From: Rhizophagus irregularis
Taxonomy: Eukaryota
NCBI RefSeq assembly: GCF_026210795.1
Contig: NC_089435.1
Span: forward strand, 1,302,001-1,366,000
Length of the DNA stretch: 64,000 nucleotides
Reading direction: 5' to 3'
Positions 11,859 to 23,685 of this stretch are shown here, piece after piece (within the stretch, counting starts at the first letter, position 1; each line of letters opens with the position of its first letter). Both the position numbers and the translations under genes were made by a program. The notes beneath the pieces are model-generated. The model was given only the letters and a program-made list of their open reading frames with translations, searched no databases and was not told the DNA's origin.

Positions 11859-13246
11859 AATTAATAAAAGCTACATAGTTATATTCTGATTTTCAAAACT
11901 TCCACTTTCCAAGTTAGTCACTACAGTTAATATTATAGAGAATCATATCCCTTTTGGTACTTTCATAAGAAATAAAGTTTGTAGATCTTAACAATTGCAA
12001 AGTTTTCACGGACCTACAACACTTTATTCTGCTGGATGACCTTGAAGCACTTATTTGTTTTTATTCCAGAAAACGTCTAGTATTTCTTCAAAAAATCTTC
12101 TTTGTTCACATATGTAAGATAAAACTAATACCAAAAAAAGATTGCCAACTTGCTGCTGCAAGAAGCTAGCACAGATATTTGTGAATAATGTTATGTACAG
12201 ACCGGGTGAGAGGCGATAATTTATATGAAAAGAGTATGTCCAAAGATTGTTGACATTTCTGTTGAATATTGAGAATGATTTCTTTGTCCTTATAACTTAT
12301 GCGAAATTCTTTTGTATTCCATCAAGAATTATTTCAGTGATCACGATTTTTCTAGGAAATTAAGGTTTAAGTCATGCGAAAACTGAAGCAAACAGCAAAC
12401 TACAAACACGATATCAGAAAAACATGCAAGTATCGTCACAATCACCGTACTTCCAAAATTTTCATATATGATATATTGATTCCCGGAAACATGTGTTGTG
12501 TTATATTATGTACCTAAAATACAATATTCTTACAAAGAAGAAATATGTGACGTTGATTATGTTGAAGCTATACAACTTATATAGGTTACACAGAATTTTC
12601 ATATTCAGACTCAAAGGCTGCAAAATACATTTTTCTACACATCAACGAATATAATATTGGAAGCTGCTGGTAACTTATTCAAAATCACAATTTAGAAATG
12701 TTTATGTCATGTTGAATTATTAAGATATAGACATATTATTTGTTCCCATACCCTGATTTGAAATGAAGCATTCAACAATAGACTTTATTTATGCCATACA
12801 TAAGCCTTACTGTCATTAATATAATATATAGTCTCTATTCTCATGAATTACGAAATACTATATAAGACTATATTGTCCCGTGTTGTTTTTTGAATCTGTA
12901 TTCTGTAAAACTAATCTCATTTGATATCATGACCAGATTACCAGATTATCAACATTTTACGGTAAAAGCGATGTGAGATTGTTATTGATGAGTCACATGA
13001 GTCACAATTAGAGATCTAGATTTTACCGATCTATAGATGATAAAAGTAGCTTCACATGATAATAGATAGATAGTATCCTATAATTATTAATAAAGACTGA
13101 TATTTTACCAATTGTTCTCTATGTACTTTTGTTGTAGTACTGACAGACAATTCCAGAAATATATTTTGTAATAAAATCTTTTAATTTACCCTATATTTTA
13201 TTTTTGTTTATACAAACTATTCCAGTTAAGATAACAACATGTGAAC

Positions 13247-14530
13247 TATAAGGGAGTAAATCATATTAATCATGCATTATAAGCCACAATTATACATTAT
13301 TAGTCATCATTAAGCTAACTCATATTATTAGATTAGATGTAATAAATGTGACTCATACAAGATCTTGATTTTTTTTATGAATCATAATAAATTATTATTA
13401 GTCACATAAGATTTTAAAAGTATATATATACCCTTAAATTTTCTCAAGGAAAAATCAAATTTTCAAATTTTTCAATCAAATATTAAATCCAAATTTTCTA
13501 TCAAATATTTTTCAAACACAAGTTTCAATCAAATATTAAATCTGAATTATCTATACAAATATTTTTTCAAACAAGTTTCAAAAATGTCTTATCAATTGTG
13601 TCCTAACTTTATCAATACTGTTCTCAATGAAATTCCCCTCAACAAATGCTACCATCAACCAACTGAATCAACCTTCCAATATCTACCATCATTTGCCATA
13701 TATATTTACATTCTTTTTATTATTTTACTCATGTCTACTGATATTATCAAGCATATAATTATCCTAATTCTTCTTTCATTAAAACTCTCTTGTGCTGTTA
13801 CAACCTTCCTTCTTACCCGACTTCTTTCATTTCCCAATGTATTACATTCTTTTGAACATTTATTATTCTCTCTATTATTATCACTTCTTCTTTATTTATT
13901 ATCTATATTATTATCAATCCTTCTCCATTTTCTTTATTTTCTCAATTGCATAATTTATATTCTTCTTTTTTCTTATCTATTTTGTAAATACTTTTCTACT
14001 TTAATCCCACAGTAGTTTAGTCATCTTTTTCTTCTATTATTTTCAATTGACATATTTTTCAAAATTATCTTATATTATGTAGCTAGGTCCATTGCTTACC
14101 AAATATAGCATGGAGACATAATCTTTACCCTTTGGTCAACTTGGGATTACTTGGCCATTCTTAGATAGATAATTTTTACAAGGGGATCGTTTGCATCGCC
14201 CTTAATTGGTGTCAGAGAGATCCTTTGTCTTGTAAAAATTTACCCTTTCTTGATCATTTGACCATTCTTAGATAGATAAATTTTACAAGGGGATCGTTTG
14301 CATCGCCCTTAATTGGTGTCAGAGAGATCCTTTGTCTTGTAAACATTTATCTTTCTTTGGTCATTTGATCTATCTCATGTGATTTCATTCTTCACATGTG
14401 ATACCCTTTATTTTATTCTTTTGTTGAGTTCTTTCCTTAATAACTTATTAACTCAACAATTATCCATCACCGTTGGTTCCACAATTTCTGTGTCCAAGTT
14501 CAATTCTTGGAGGTGATTTTCTTACTTGCT
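13247..14530 (+). repeat. Dispersed repeat copy 1 (inverted relative to 55995-57274), with hydrophobic ORF 13584-14015 and 107-bp tandem hairpin units
   Basis: Starts TATA(A)GGGAGTAAATCATATTAA in both copies; ORFs align (MSYQLCPNFINTVLNEIP vs MSYHLCPNTINTILNEFP); 14090-14525 is nearly identical to the reverse complement of 56000-56450. Confidence 0.85.
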
Positions 14531-15094
14531 AATTAGTTTATTTTCAGTTTTCCATTGGGTTTGGTATAGTGTCTTCCTGTTTGTTAATTTATTTCTCTAT
14601 TCATTGTAATCCAGCGTGTTGTGAAACAATTTGCTTTGCCACATGTATGTAGTATTTTTTTGCGCAATTAATTTTTATTTTTTTTATTTTAACATGATGA
14701 CAGAATGAAGGTACAACATCATGTATCACTCTAAAATAAATAAATGTCAAAAGTGATGGTTTTGAGGTTGACATTGAAGGTAAGATTATTGTTGTCTTAA
14801 TTATTATAATTTAATTCAAAAATGCGACAATCAACATATTTATTGAAACATATGATCGTTACTTTTATTTGCTTTTCTTAATTCAATATATTCTGTCTTT
14901 TAACCTTCCCATGCACACTCTTAAAAATAATTGGGTTTTAAAACAAAAATCGAATTTAGTTAATATGAAAAACATTATACTGCATGATTATAATATCGAA
15001 AAAAATCATAAAATTATAAAGGTATCAAACAACCATTGACGTTCAAATAAAATCTTTTTATTTTTGTCAAATTCAATGAAATTATAGTATTCAA

Positions 15095-15210
15095 CACAGG
15101 TCAAAAAGTGAAAAATCAGGCATCAATCAGTCACCAATCAGTCACCAATCAGGCACCAATCAGCTACCTGATTGGTGACCGATTCCTGATTTTTCACTTT
15201 TTGACCTGTG
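15095..15210. mobile_element. 116-bp MITE, CAC-ended with 3-bp TSD (CMC/EnSpm-like)
   Basis: Perfect 26-bp TIR CACAGGTCAAAAAGTGAAAAATCAGG; TSD CAA at 15092-15094 and 15211-15213; internal CACCAATCAG repeats. Confidence 0.85.
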
Positions 15211-15247
15211 CAACAATAGTTGCATTCCTGATTTCCAAGCACCCAGT

Positions 15248-15457
15248 CACATGTCAAATGACTAAAAACAGGCAAAAAAAATGGCTAGAATTGCATAAAC
15301 TATTCGCAAATTTATATCAACTATTTACAAATAGTATAGGTTAATTCGCAAATAGCCAAAAACAGCCAAGAATAGCCAAGAATAGCCAAGAATAGCCAAG
15401 AATAGCCACTGCTTTTCACGCCATTTTTTTTGCCGATTTTTAGCATTTTGACCTGTG
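15248..15457. mobile_element. 210-bp MITE with the same CACAGGTCAAA-type ends and 3-bp TSD
   Basis: Imperfect ~38-bp TIRs (CACATGTCAAA... / ...TTTGACCTGTG); TSD AGT at 15245-15247 and 15458-15460; internal AATAGCCAAG tandem repeats. Confidence 0.8.
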
Positions 15458-16329
15458 AGTCCCAGCTCAAACATAGATTGTTGTGGAATTCTATAATGAT
15501 TAAACAGTATTTACCATGGTTACTTTTGGTATTTGATACCATGTAATAGTTATTGAGTTTAACCCAGGTAAATATTTTATAAAGAGTACCCAAATACCCA
15601 TCCGCTGTACATGAAGTTTTTATTGGGCCATAATTAATAGAAAGTATTTTTTTTTTTAGATCATTTTTTGCGTTGCCCTTGAGACACCACTACCTGCCTC
15701 ATTTTATATAGCGAACTGACTCCTTTATCATAGCTCAAAAATACAATAAAAGCTTTCCTTTGATTTTTTATTTTTTAAACATGTGTGCTTTCGTGTATAT
15801 GTTCTCTGTTCTCATAATGTTTTTTTTATTATATACTGGAGGATAAAAAATAAATACAAAGGTTCAGATCAGCGCCCGGCCGCCCGTACATGTAAAAATA
15901 AATACAACTCCTATAGAGCGCTTCATAGAAGACAATGATAATGAAAACTCTAACAATACTGATAGTGAAATTCTACTAACAACAATGATAATGAAAATTC
16001 TAACAACATTGATGACTTTGAACAAAATTTAAACACCAATTTTGTAGAAGATAATTATGAAGATCAAAAAATTTACACTTTTTTTTTTGTTTCTTTTAAT
16101 GAAAAATGTCAGGTTTGATGTTTTTTCATTAAAAAAAGTTCTTTTAGAGGGTACTGTTTTTTATTAACTAAAAGCAGTAGTGCAAATCATTATGTAATCC
16201 TTTTAAAAAGTGGCTGGTATATTTGTATATGTTTACAGCTTGTTAATAGTGGGTGATATGTAGACATTATTTTAAAGTGATGATGGATAGTAATAATGCT
16301 AAATTTCTAATCTCGTTAATCCCTAGAAG

Positions 16330-16790
16330 ATGGTATAAGGAAAATCTTTAAGATGATGAACAAAGTTTTATCAACTCTGACAACATAATGCTTGGAAATG
16401 GTGTAGTAGAAGCAGATGGACCTGAAGAATTTGTAATCAGATTTAATCAAGATAAACCTTCATTTTCTCAACAACATCATGATAATTACACTCAAAAGTG
16501 ATATGAAAAAAGAATGAGTATGCATCAATTATTGATCTAGCAAAAGCATCAGCCACTCTATTGAAATTGGAGATCTTAAAAAAATTCTATCAGATTATCA
16601 TGATGAGTTATTATAAATTAAAGAACAACAACAAGCTCATATTAGAACATATTGCAAAGGAAAACCTTCTGCTATTAAAATCAGCCACCAAAATAAATAA
16701 GAGATTTAATAAGAAAATAGTGAAAATACTACATATGTGGAAAATGTAATAAAATGGTCATAATGCCAGAACATGTAAAATTAGTGTAAT
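16330..16790 (+). pseudogene. Degraded transposase C-terminus with CCHC zinc knuckle (MULE-like)
   Basis: 16730-16780 reads YICGKC..(frameshift)..GHNARTCK; surrounding sequence looks like broken coding DNA. Confidence 0.4.
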
Positions 16791-17017
16791 CATTATAATA
16801 CAACAGATATATATTTTTTGATTCTTTAATTGCTAAATAAAATGTCTTTTATTTTTTTTAAAGCATTAAAATAAAACATTTTAAGTATTTGTAAATTGAT
16901 CAGTAATACACTAAAAATAAAAGTTTTACTGTATTTTTGTCCAATCAAAATGTGTATTAGATTCTATATGATGTAATGGGGTTATGGATAAATTTTTCAA
17001 TTTAATTATAAAAATAT

Positions 17018-19125
17018 TTAAATTTTTTCATATGAATAATTATATGTTATTTCTTCAACAGATTTCCATAAAATACGTCAAAATCCAATTACTAATATAA
17101 CAAATCCTTTTAATTTATTATTAGGATTTGATTTAGTTATTTTAATTCTTTTATCAAATATTCCTGAACTATAATAATCATTTGGTTTTCCTTTTGAAAT
17201 AATATTCATATATGATTTCAATTGTTTAATTCCATTATTTAATACTTCTTCTATAGTTACTTTTTTAGTTTCATTATGTTCTTTTGACCAATATTCATAT
17301 GATCTTTTTAAGAGAATTTTTTCATCTTCTTTTTCAATAATTTTATCTAAATTTTCTAAATCATTTGTATTAAACTTCTTTTTTTTAATTAATCCAACTA
17401 ATGAAATATATTTTAATTCTAAACTAACATTATTATTTCCTATTCCTTTTAAGATAAAAATATCTGAATATCCAAATTGGCCAAATCCTTTTAATTTTGT
17501 ACCATCCATTACTAATGATAATTCAGGAATACGATATTTTAATGGTAAAAGATTTTCAACAATTGCCTGAAGAACAGGTTCATTTGCAGAAGATAATGAT
17601 ATTTGTGATCTTGTTAATAAAAATGTTTTTAAAAGTTCAATAAAAGGTAAAATATTATTTGCAATAAGATTTTCATATGCTGAAGCGATAAGAAGAGCAT
17701 CATTCACAACTTGTCTATATACTAATTTATCTTTATTTTGTTCTAAAATTCGAATTTGTTTTGTTATAAGTTCTAAAAATAATTATAAAAGTTAATAAAT
17801 AATATAAATATAAAAAAAAAAATAATAAAAATATTATAATTTACCAGAAGATGAATCAGTATCATTATTTCATGTTCTTTTTAAATTTCCTTTTTGTTTA
17901 ACTTGAAAATCAATTTTTTCAGTCCAAATCTTATTAAAAGTTGATTCCAATTCTTCTCCTAAAATATGCATTTCACTTCCTATATCATTATATATATAAC
18001 AATTGCGAAATATAAGACGAATATCTTTTTCAAATCCTTCAATACTTGCATATTGATTATTTTCTAATTTTGAAATTATTGTAAATAAATCCATTGAATT
18101 TTTTATATTCTCATTTGAAATTTCATAAAATGGATGAATATTAGATTTAATATCAAGTTCTTGAAAAATATCATAACAAAAGTCAATAAGTTGAGAATTT
18201 TTAGAATTATTTTCAGTAGAAATAGAATGAATTTTAATAGGAATTTTGATTTTTTTTTGAATGAGATGAATTAGAAATAGATTGATTTTTAATAGGAATA
18301 AAGTAATCATAATCAGTATTTTCAATAATTTGTTGTGAATAAGAAGAATTAGCAGATACTATGTTTTTCTTTTTTATTATATTTTTCAACATTCTTTTTT
18401 GAATGGGATGAATTAGAAATGTGTGAACAAGATGAATCAGCAAAATCAGCAAGCACTATGTTTTCTTTTTCATTATTTTCTTCAATAAATACTTGATTTT
18501 TTTTATATTCTTTAATAATTTCTTGGCAAAATATTTTTAATGTTTTTGCATATCGAAATCGTTCTGCAATTACCTATTATTAGAAACAGTTTATTAGTAG
18601 TGTGTTAAAATTTATTTAGTAATATAAAAAGGTACATAGCCAATTCCTTCTCCAGAATTAGCAGACTTATATCAACTACAAAGTTAGGACACCTGAACCG
18701 AGAAGCTTGGAGTGGTTACCACGACTTGTCAAATCCAGTAAATTCCCTAAGTTAAGTTCTGATTAACTCTAGGGGTTACCCTAACTTTGCAAAATAAAAA
18801 AAAAACACACCTTATCTTTTAAATCAGGAAAATCTTTTTTAAGGAAATCTTTTTTTTCTCTCAAAAAACGAACAGCCCAAAGATTATCAAGATTTTTCCA
18901 ATTATCTAAATTTGAAGTAGTATCAATTGAAGCAATAATAATATCACGGTGATTTGTTAAGAACCTCCAATATGATTTTGTTGTCCTATTGTTATCTGAT
19001 AAATAAGAGATAAGAGCTAAAAAGATTGAAAGAATTGGGTTAATTATTAATACTACAATCTACAAGTTAAAATGCAGTTCACAAGATTTACCATTTTGAC
19101 CAATGAAATCTTCAGATGTGGTCAT
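17018..19125 (-). pseudogene. Four-exon bromodomain + PD-(D/E)XK nuclease-like fusion gene, disrupted
   Basis: Exons 19092-19125, 18811-19016, 17845-18573 and 17018-17772 with GT-AG introns. Bromodomain: MDLFTIISKLENNQY..FEKDIRLIFRNCYIYN. Nuclease-like: E..GYSDIF..LELKY. Three frameshifts in A-runs of exon 3 and an in-frame TGA at 17078 followed by 19 more codons. Confidence 0.75.
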
Positions 19126-19130
19126 GTTTG

Positions 19131-19216
19131 AAATTGATAAAGATAATTCAGAGTTTAATAATTTAATAAAAAAAATTGATAAAGATAATTCAGAGTTTAA
19201 TAATTTAATAAAAAAA
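19131..19216. repeat. 42-bp tandem duplication immediately upstream of the bromodomain gene start
   Basis: AAATTGATAAAGATAATTCAGAGTTTAATAATTTAATAAAAA occurs twice. Confidence 0.85.
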
Positions 19217-20089
19217 GAGAAATTGATGAGAGTTTAATGTCTTAAATAAAAAAAATCCTTTGTAGATAGTATGACTCAGACTGACATATTGATTTATCAA
19301 AGTGAAAAAAATTAACACTACAATTATAATAATTAAATCTATTATTTATCGTATTAACAAGAACTTAATCATTTTGCCAAATATGGTATAGTATAATTAA
19401 TATAATTATTGATTAAAATCATGTCATTAGAAATTAGACATATAGCTTAAAGGTGATTCATTTTAATTCAGTTATTTTGTTAAGCAAATGACTCAACTTT
19501 CATCATTTTGACGCATTTGACATATACGCGTTTAAAAGATGAAACAATTGAAACATGTTGAATGATACATGTATAGTAGGTGTTACAAAAAAACACGTTT
19601 GGTCCTATTTTATATATTTTATATTCATTGACTGCGAAAGTAACATATACGCGTTTAAAAGTGAAATTACTGAAATAAATTGAAATATGTTGAAATATAT
19701 TGTGCACTATCATTTTTTTTGTATCACTTATCACTTATAGAAATATTTTTATGACAATGATATGATTCACCGTATATATATTTGAAAATTAAATATACTT
19801 ACAATATACGGTTTTATAAGATAAATAATATAAAAAACAAAAAGTTCTTAAGAACAAATTTTAAACTCTATAAGAATAATAAGTATTTAATATTTTTATT
19901 TTCGATATTTTTAGTTGAATAAATAATTTTACGATAATTATTAAATATAAAACATAAAATCGTCTGAATTCAAAAGCTCGGGACTTTTCTCATGATGCAT
20001 GATTTAACGACTGACCCACGCTATGCTAAGACTTAACTACAGTATCCGACTTTTCCGCAAGACTGCCCAATGATCTACACTTTTTATTC

Positions 20090-20830
20090 CTCTAAATTAA
20101 CAGCTGAATCCGCCTTTTGTGGTTCTTCCAATAACCAGATAATATGACCAAGGACCTTCTCAACCATGTCTTTCATACCCGCGCAAAAAGAGGCGGCTTC
20201 GACAATTTAAACGATAGTTTCCCTTCAGCGTCTTGCGTACATTCCATGAAAGTACCATTTCTCCGCATCTGTTACGATCCCCCATACTTTGTCAAACCCA
20301 TGTCCATCATCCATTTCATTTGCTTTGCGCTTACGACCTAGTGATGAATCCAATTGTACGATAGCTTCTGCGAAACCCTGCTTAAAGTCATCTTTTTTGA
20401 CCTCAATTAGACCGATAATTCTCCCGGTCGTACATGATTCAATACCATAGTCAAGATTCCCACACCCATTTTTTCCCTCAATCAGCTTCTCTTGTAACTT
20501 GACTTGATCCTTGAACGGGTAAGTTGCAGAGACGAGATAAGTATACGAGTAGATACTTTTGGTGGCCTCATGGGATACGTCGATAGGAGTTGTTGCAACT
20601 CGAGTCTCCAAATTTACGCAACGCTTCTTTATATTCCTCATTCTTTGTGTCGACACATCCACAAAACGGGATACACGTTAATGTTAGGGTTCAGATCATC
20701 ACTTCGTTGAAGGGCTTCGAGGGAGTCTCAATGAGTACAGTAATCTTTGAAGCTGCTTTTTGACACGAACAGCCGAAGCATTTCACGAAGGTCTTGATCG
20801 GTCCTAGGTACATCAAACTCTGTAGTGCAA
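20090..20830 (-). pseudogene. Restriction-endonuclease-like (CRN C-terminal type) protein pseudogene
   Basis: GNLDYGI..IEVKKDDFKQGFAE..VQL..VWGIVTDAEKWYF matches a PD-(D/E)XK core; coding-like sequence continues in other frames both upstream (RTDQDLREMLRLFVSK) and downstream. Confidence 0.7.
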
Positions 20831-21597
20831 CAACCAGGTTAAGACAGTAAGTAATTTAACGTGAAGAATCATTTCCCGAGGAAACAGTTTCATAACCTGA
20901 AGATTTCACTGACAACCCATCGGCCAAATTTCTTAGCAAAACTTTATACGTACCATGAGCTAACTTGTTTTATTTAACTTTCCATAAATTCTATTTTTAA
21001 TCCACTTTATAAGCTTTATTTAAACTTTCTTAAAAAATATTCATTTACACCATATTTTTTTACTCCACTTTATTATATCAATCGTGTTGTTATTGTTATG
21101 TCCTAATAAAAATGTCGGTCTATGAAAATCTGCATGATCTTATTGGGCTGAACGATAATTCATAATTATTTATTTATTTTAAATAAATTCGAACGTATAT
21201 ATAATTGGTTGTAAGATTTATTTCTAAGAACCAGAAGGCTGAAAAAATTTCATTTACTTCGGGTAAGGGAAATCACGTGAATAATTTTTCACTGACGGTC
21301 ACATTTTCCCAAAAGTACCGAGGGTGTTCTTCTTCGGATAATATTATGGAAGAAGAATATCCACTTCAACGAGGTTCCCATAATCTTAACTTGCAAACGT
21401 TTAGTATGTTTAGCATTCAATTCTTGATAATATAAAGTTTTACCATGGGTCAATATTTTATTCATCTATAACTATCTTATTAGTTCAATATAAAATAACC
21501 ATTTAAATAGATATGATACTTTATTTAAAGAAATATATATATACTGTATATCAAAAATATTAAGCTAACTAAATATAATTTTCAACTATTTAAATTC

Positions 21598-23064
21598 CTA
21601 AGTATATTTTTTTCTCCCAATATCAAACTTTTTAATTATACCTTTTGCCTTATATTCTTGTAAAAATACATTTAATCTTTTCCGTAGCTTTACATACTGT
21701 TGTAGTTGCTGACTTCTCCTTATGAAAAAATAGCCTATATTTAAATGTAATAACATAGGATTTCTATCATTCCAATTATCAAGAAATAATTTTAAATATT
21801 TCAAATTAAGATACAAAACCTTAAATTCAGTAGAAAATTTGAACTTAAATAAACTAATCGGTGAAAATTTCAATACTTCAAATAATTTATTCCATTTAAT
21901 AGTATGATCAATAATTTCCAAACTAATTAAAGATTGACAGTTAATTAATAAATTCTTGAATTCTGTAATATTCTCTTTATACAATGTTAACTCAAGAAAT
22001 TTAAGATTTGGACATTTTTGATAAATTTTCTGGATAAGTTTTCCATTATCATCAGGATTATATTGATGATATTGATAAATAATAGAGATTTCAATGAGAT
22101 TTCCTTTTGTACTATCAATTATATTTTTACAAATATTTGCTGGAACATCTACTACTTTTAAAGATTTTAAAGATTTTAAAAGAGGAAAAGTTCCTTTTAC
22201 TAAATAATTCAAATATATTCTATCAGTAAAATTTATTATTTCTAGACTTACTAAATTTATTAAATATGAAAAAAATTTTGGGACAGGAATCCAACTTATT
22301 TTCAAATATTGGACAGTATCTGCACATTTTATTATTGATTCTTCAAGTGTTTTGCAAAATAGTTCATCCCTCGGCATTTTTGAGTTGAGGTTGAGACTGA
22401 TTCTTTTTAGGTTTTTTTGAACTTTAATTAATCTATTAATTCCATGATTACTGATATTGTCGTACTTATAATTAAATATCAATTGTTTAATTGATGTATT
22501 CATTATAGCCAATTTTTCCAAAATATTGCTATTGGTATAATCACAATCAAGATATTCAAGTTTTGAAAAGCAATGTTCAGAACCTGAAATATGACACAAG
22601 TTTATTTTTGGGATAGAAAGAGAAACAAATTTTGTTTCACTATTAATAAACAATTTCATTATTTCATTTCCTATAATAGATTTTTTAGACATTTCAAAAT
22701 TTTTTGCAAAAACATTTTCCATTATATTTTCCAGGACATATAAATTTAAATGCCTCCAAAAACTAATATAATTAAATAAAGGTCGTTGATATATTTCTTT
22801 AAAAAGATCAATTCCTTGATACTTCAAATTATTTCTTGATTCTTCTGATAAATGTGAAAGTATTACATTAAATAGAATATTGCATACTTTATAGGATATG
22901 TAACCTTTCTTATTAGAAGGATTCTGCCATAAAATTGGCACTGTCAATCTACACCAAGTTCTATTGATTAAAAGACATGAATATAAAGATTTTGTATCGT
23001 CTTGTAATTCTTTCAATATTAGTACAATTATGTCATTGCATAGCCATAACATTTTTTCTGACAT
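21598..23064 (-). CDS. F-box / LRR protein paralogue, 488 aa
   Basis: LYSCLLINRTWCRLTVPILWQNP; closest to 6252-7697 (shared FINSETKFVSL, LEESIIKCADTVQYLKISW). Confidence 0.88.
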   Translation of the reverse strand: MSEKMLWLCNDIIVLILKELQDDTKSLYSCLLINRTWCRLTVPILWQNPSNKKGYISYKVCNILFNVILSHLSEESRNNLKYQGIDLFKEIYQRPLFNYISFWRHLNLYVLENIMENVFAKNFEMSKKSIIGNEIMKLFINSETKFVSLSIPKINLCHISGSEHCFSKLEYLDCDYTNSNILEKLAIMNTSIKQLIFNYKYDNISNHGINRLIKVQKNLKRISLNLNSKMPRDELFCKTLEESIIKCADTVQYLKISWIPVPKFFSYLINLVSLEIINFTDRIYLNYLVKGTFPLLKSLKSLKVVDVPANICKNIIDSTKGNLIEISIIYQYHQYNPDDNGKLIQKIYQKCPNLKFLELTLYKENITEFKNLLINCQSLISLEIIDHTIKWNKLFEVLKFSPISLFKFKFSTEFKVLYLNLKYLKLFLDNWNDRNPMLLHLNIGYFFIRRSQQLQQYVKLRKRLNVFLQEYKAKGIIKKFDIGRKKYT

Positions 23065-23526
23065 TTTTTTTTCAAAGGAAAGAAAATGACGGATGGCGTA
23101 AAAAATGTGTACGACTATTAATTATTTACTTATTAATAAGGATCTGATTTGATTTAGACAAATTAAGTAAGGCCGTATGTACAATTTATTTGGTACTTCT
23201 CGGGGACTTGCTTTTTTGGTTAGTCAAAATCCTATTTGTCACACAATTATTGTTTCATGTGATCACGTGTTGGGCGATGTTTTATTAGTGAAATCTATTT
23301 ATAGAAGCGGGAAGCGGGATGAAAAAGAAATATACCGTGATTACCGTCATGCATATTTTATAACTGTTTTCCGGTTTTTTATAATACTGTACTAGTAAAT
23401 GAAAAATTCAAATATAAAATTATTAAGATTACGCTACTATTTAAACGTCATATGATAATACCCAAGATATAGTAAATAATTTATTTAATATATACAACTT
23501 CTTGTTAAATACAAATAAATTTATAA

Positions 23527-23659
<133 letters not shown>

Positions 23660-23685
23660 TAATTTACACCAATGTAGCCTAATCC

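Noticed and set aside
14170..14345. Hammerhead ribozyme in the hairpin unit
   Set aside because: Minus strand has CTGACAC and CAAAC rather than the required CTGANGA and GAAA core.
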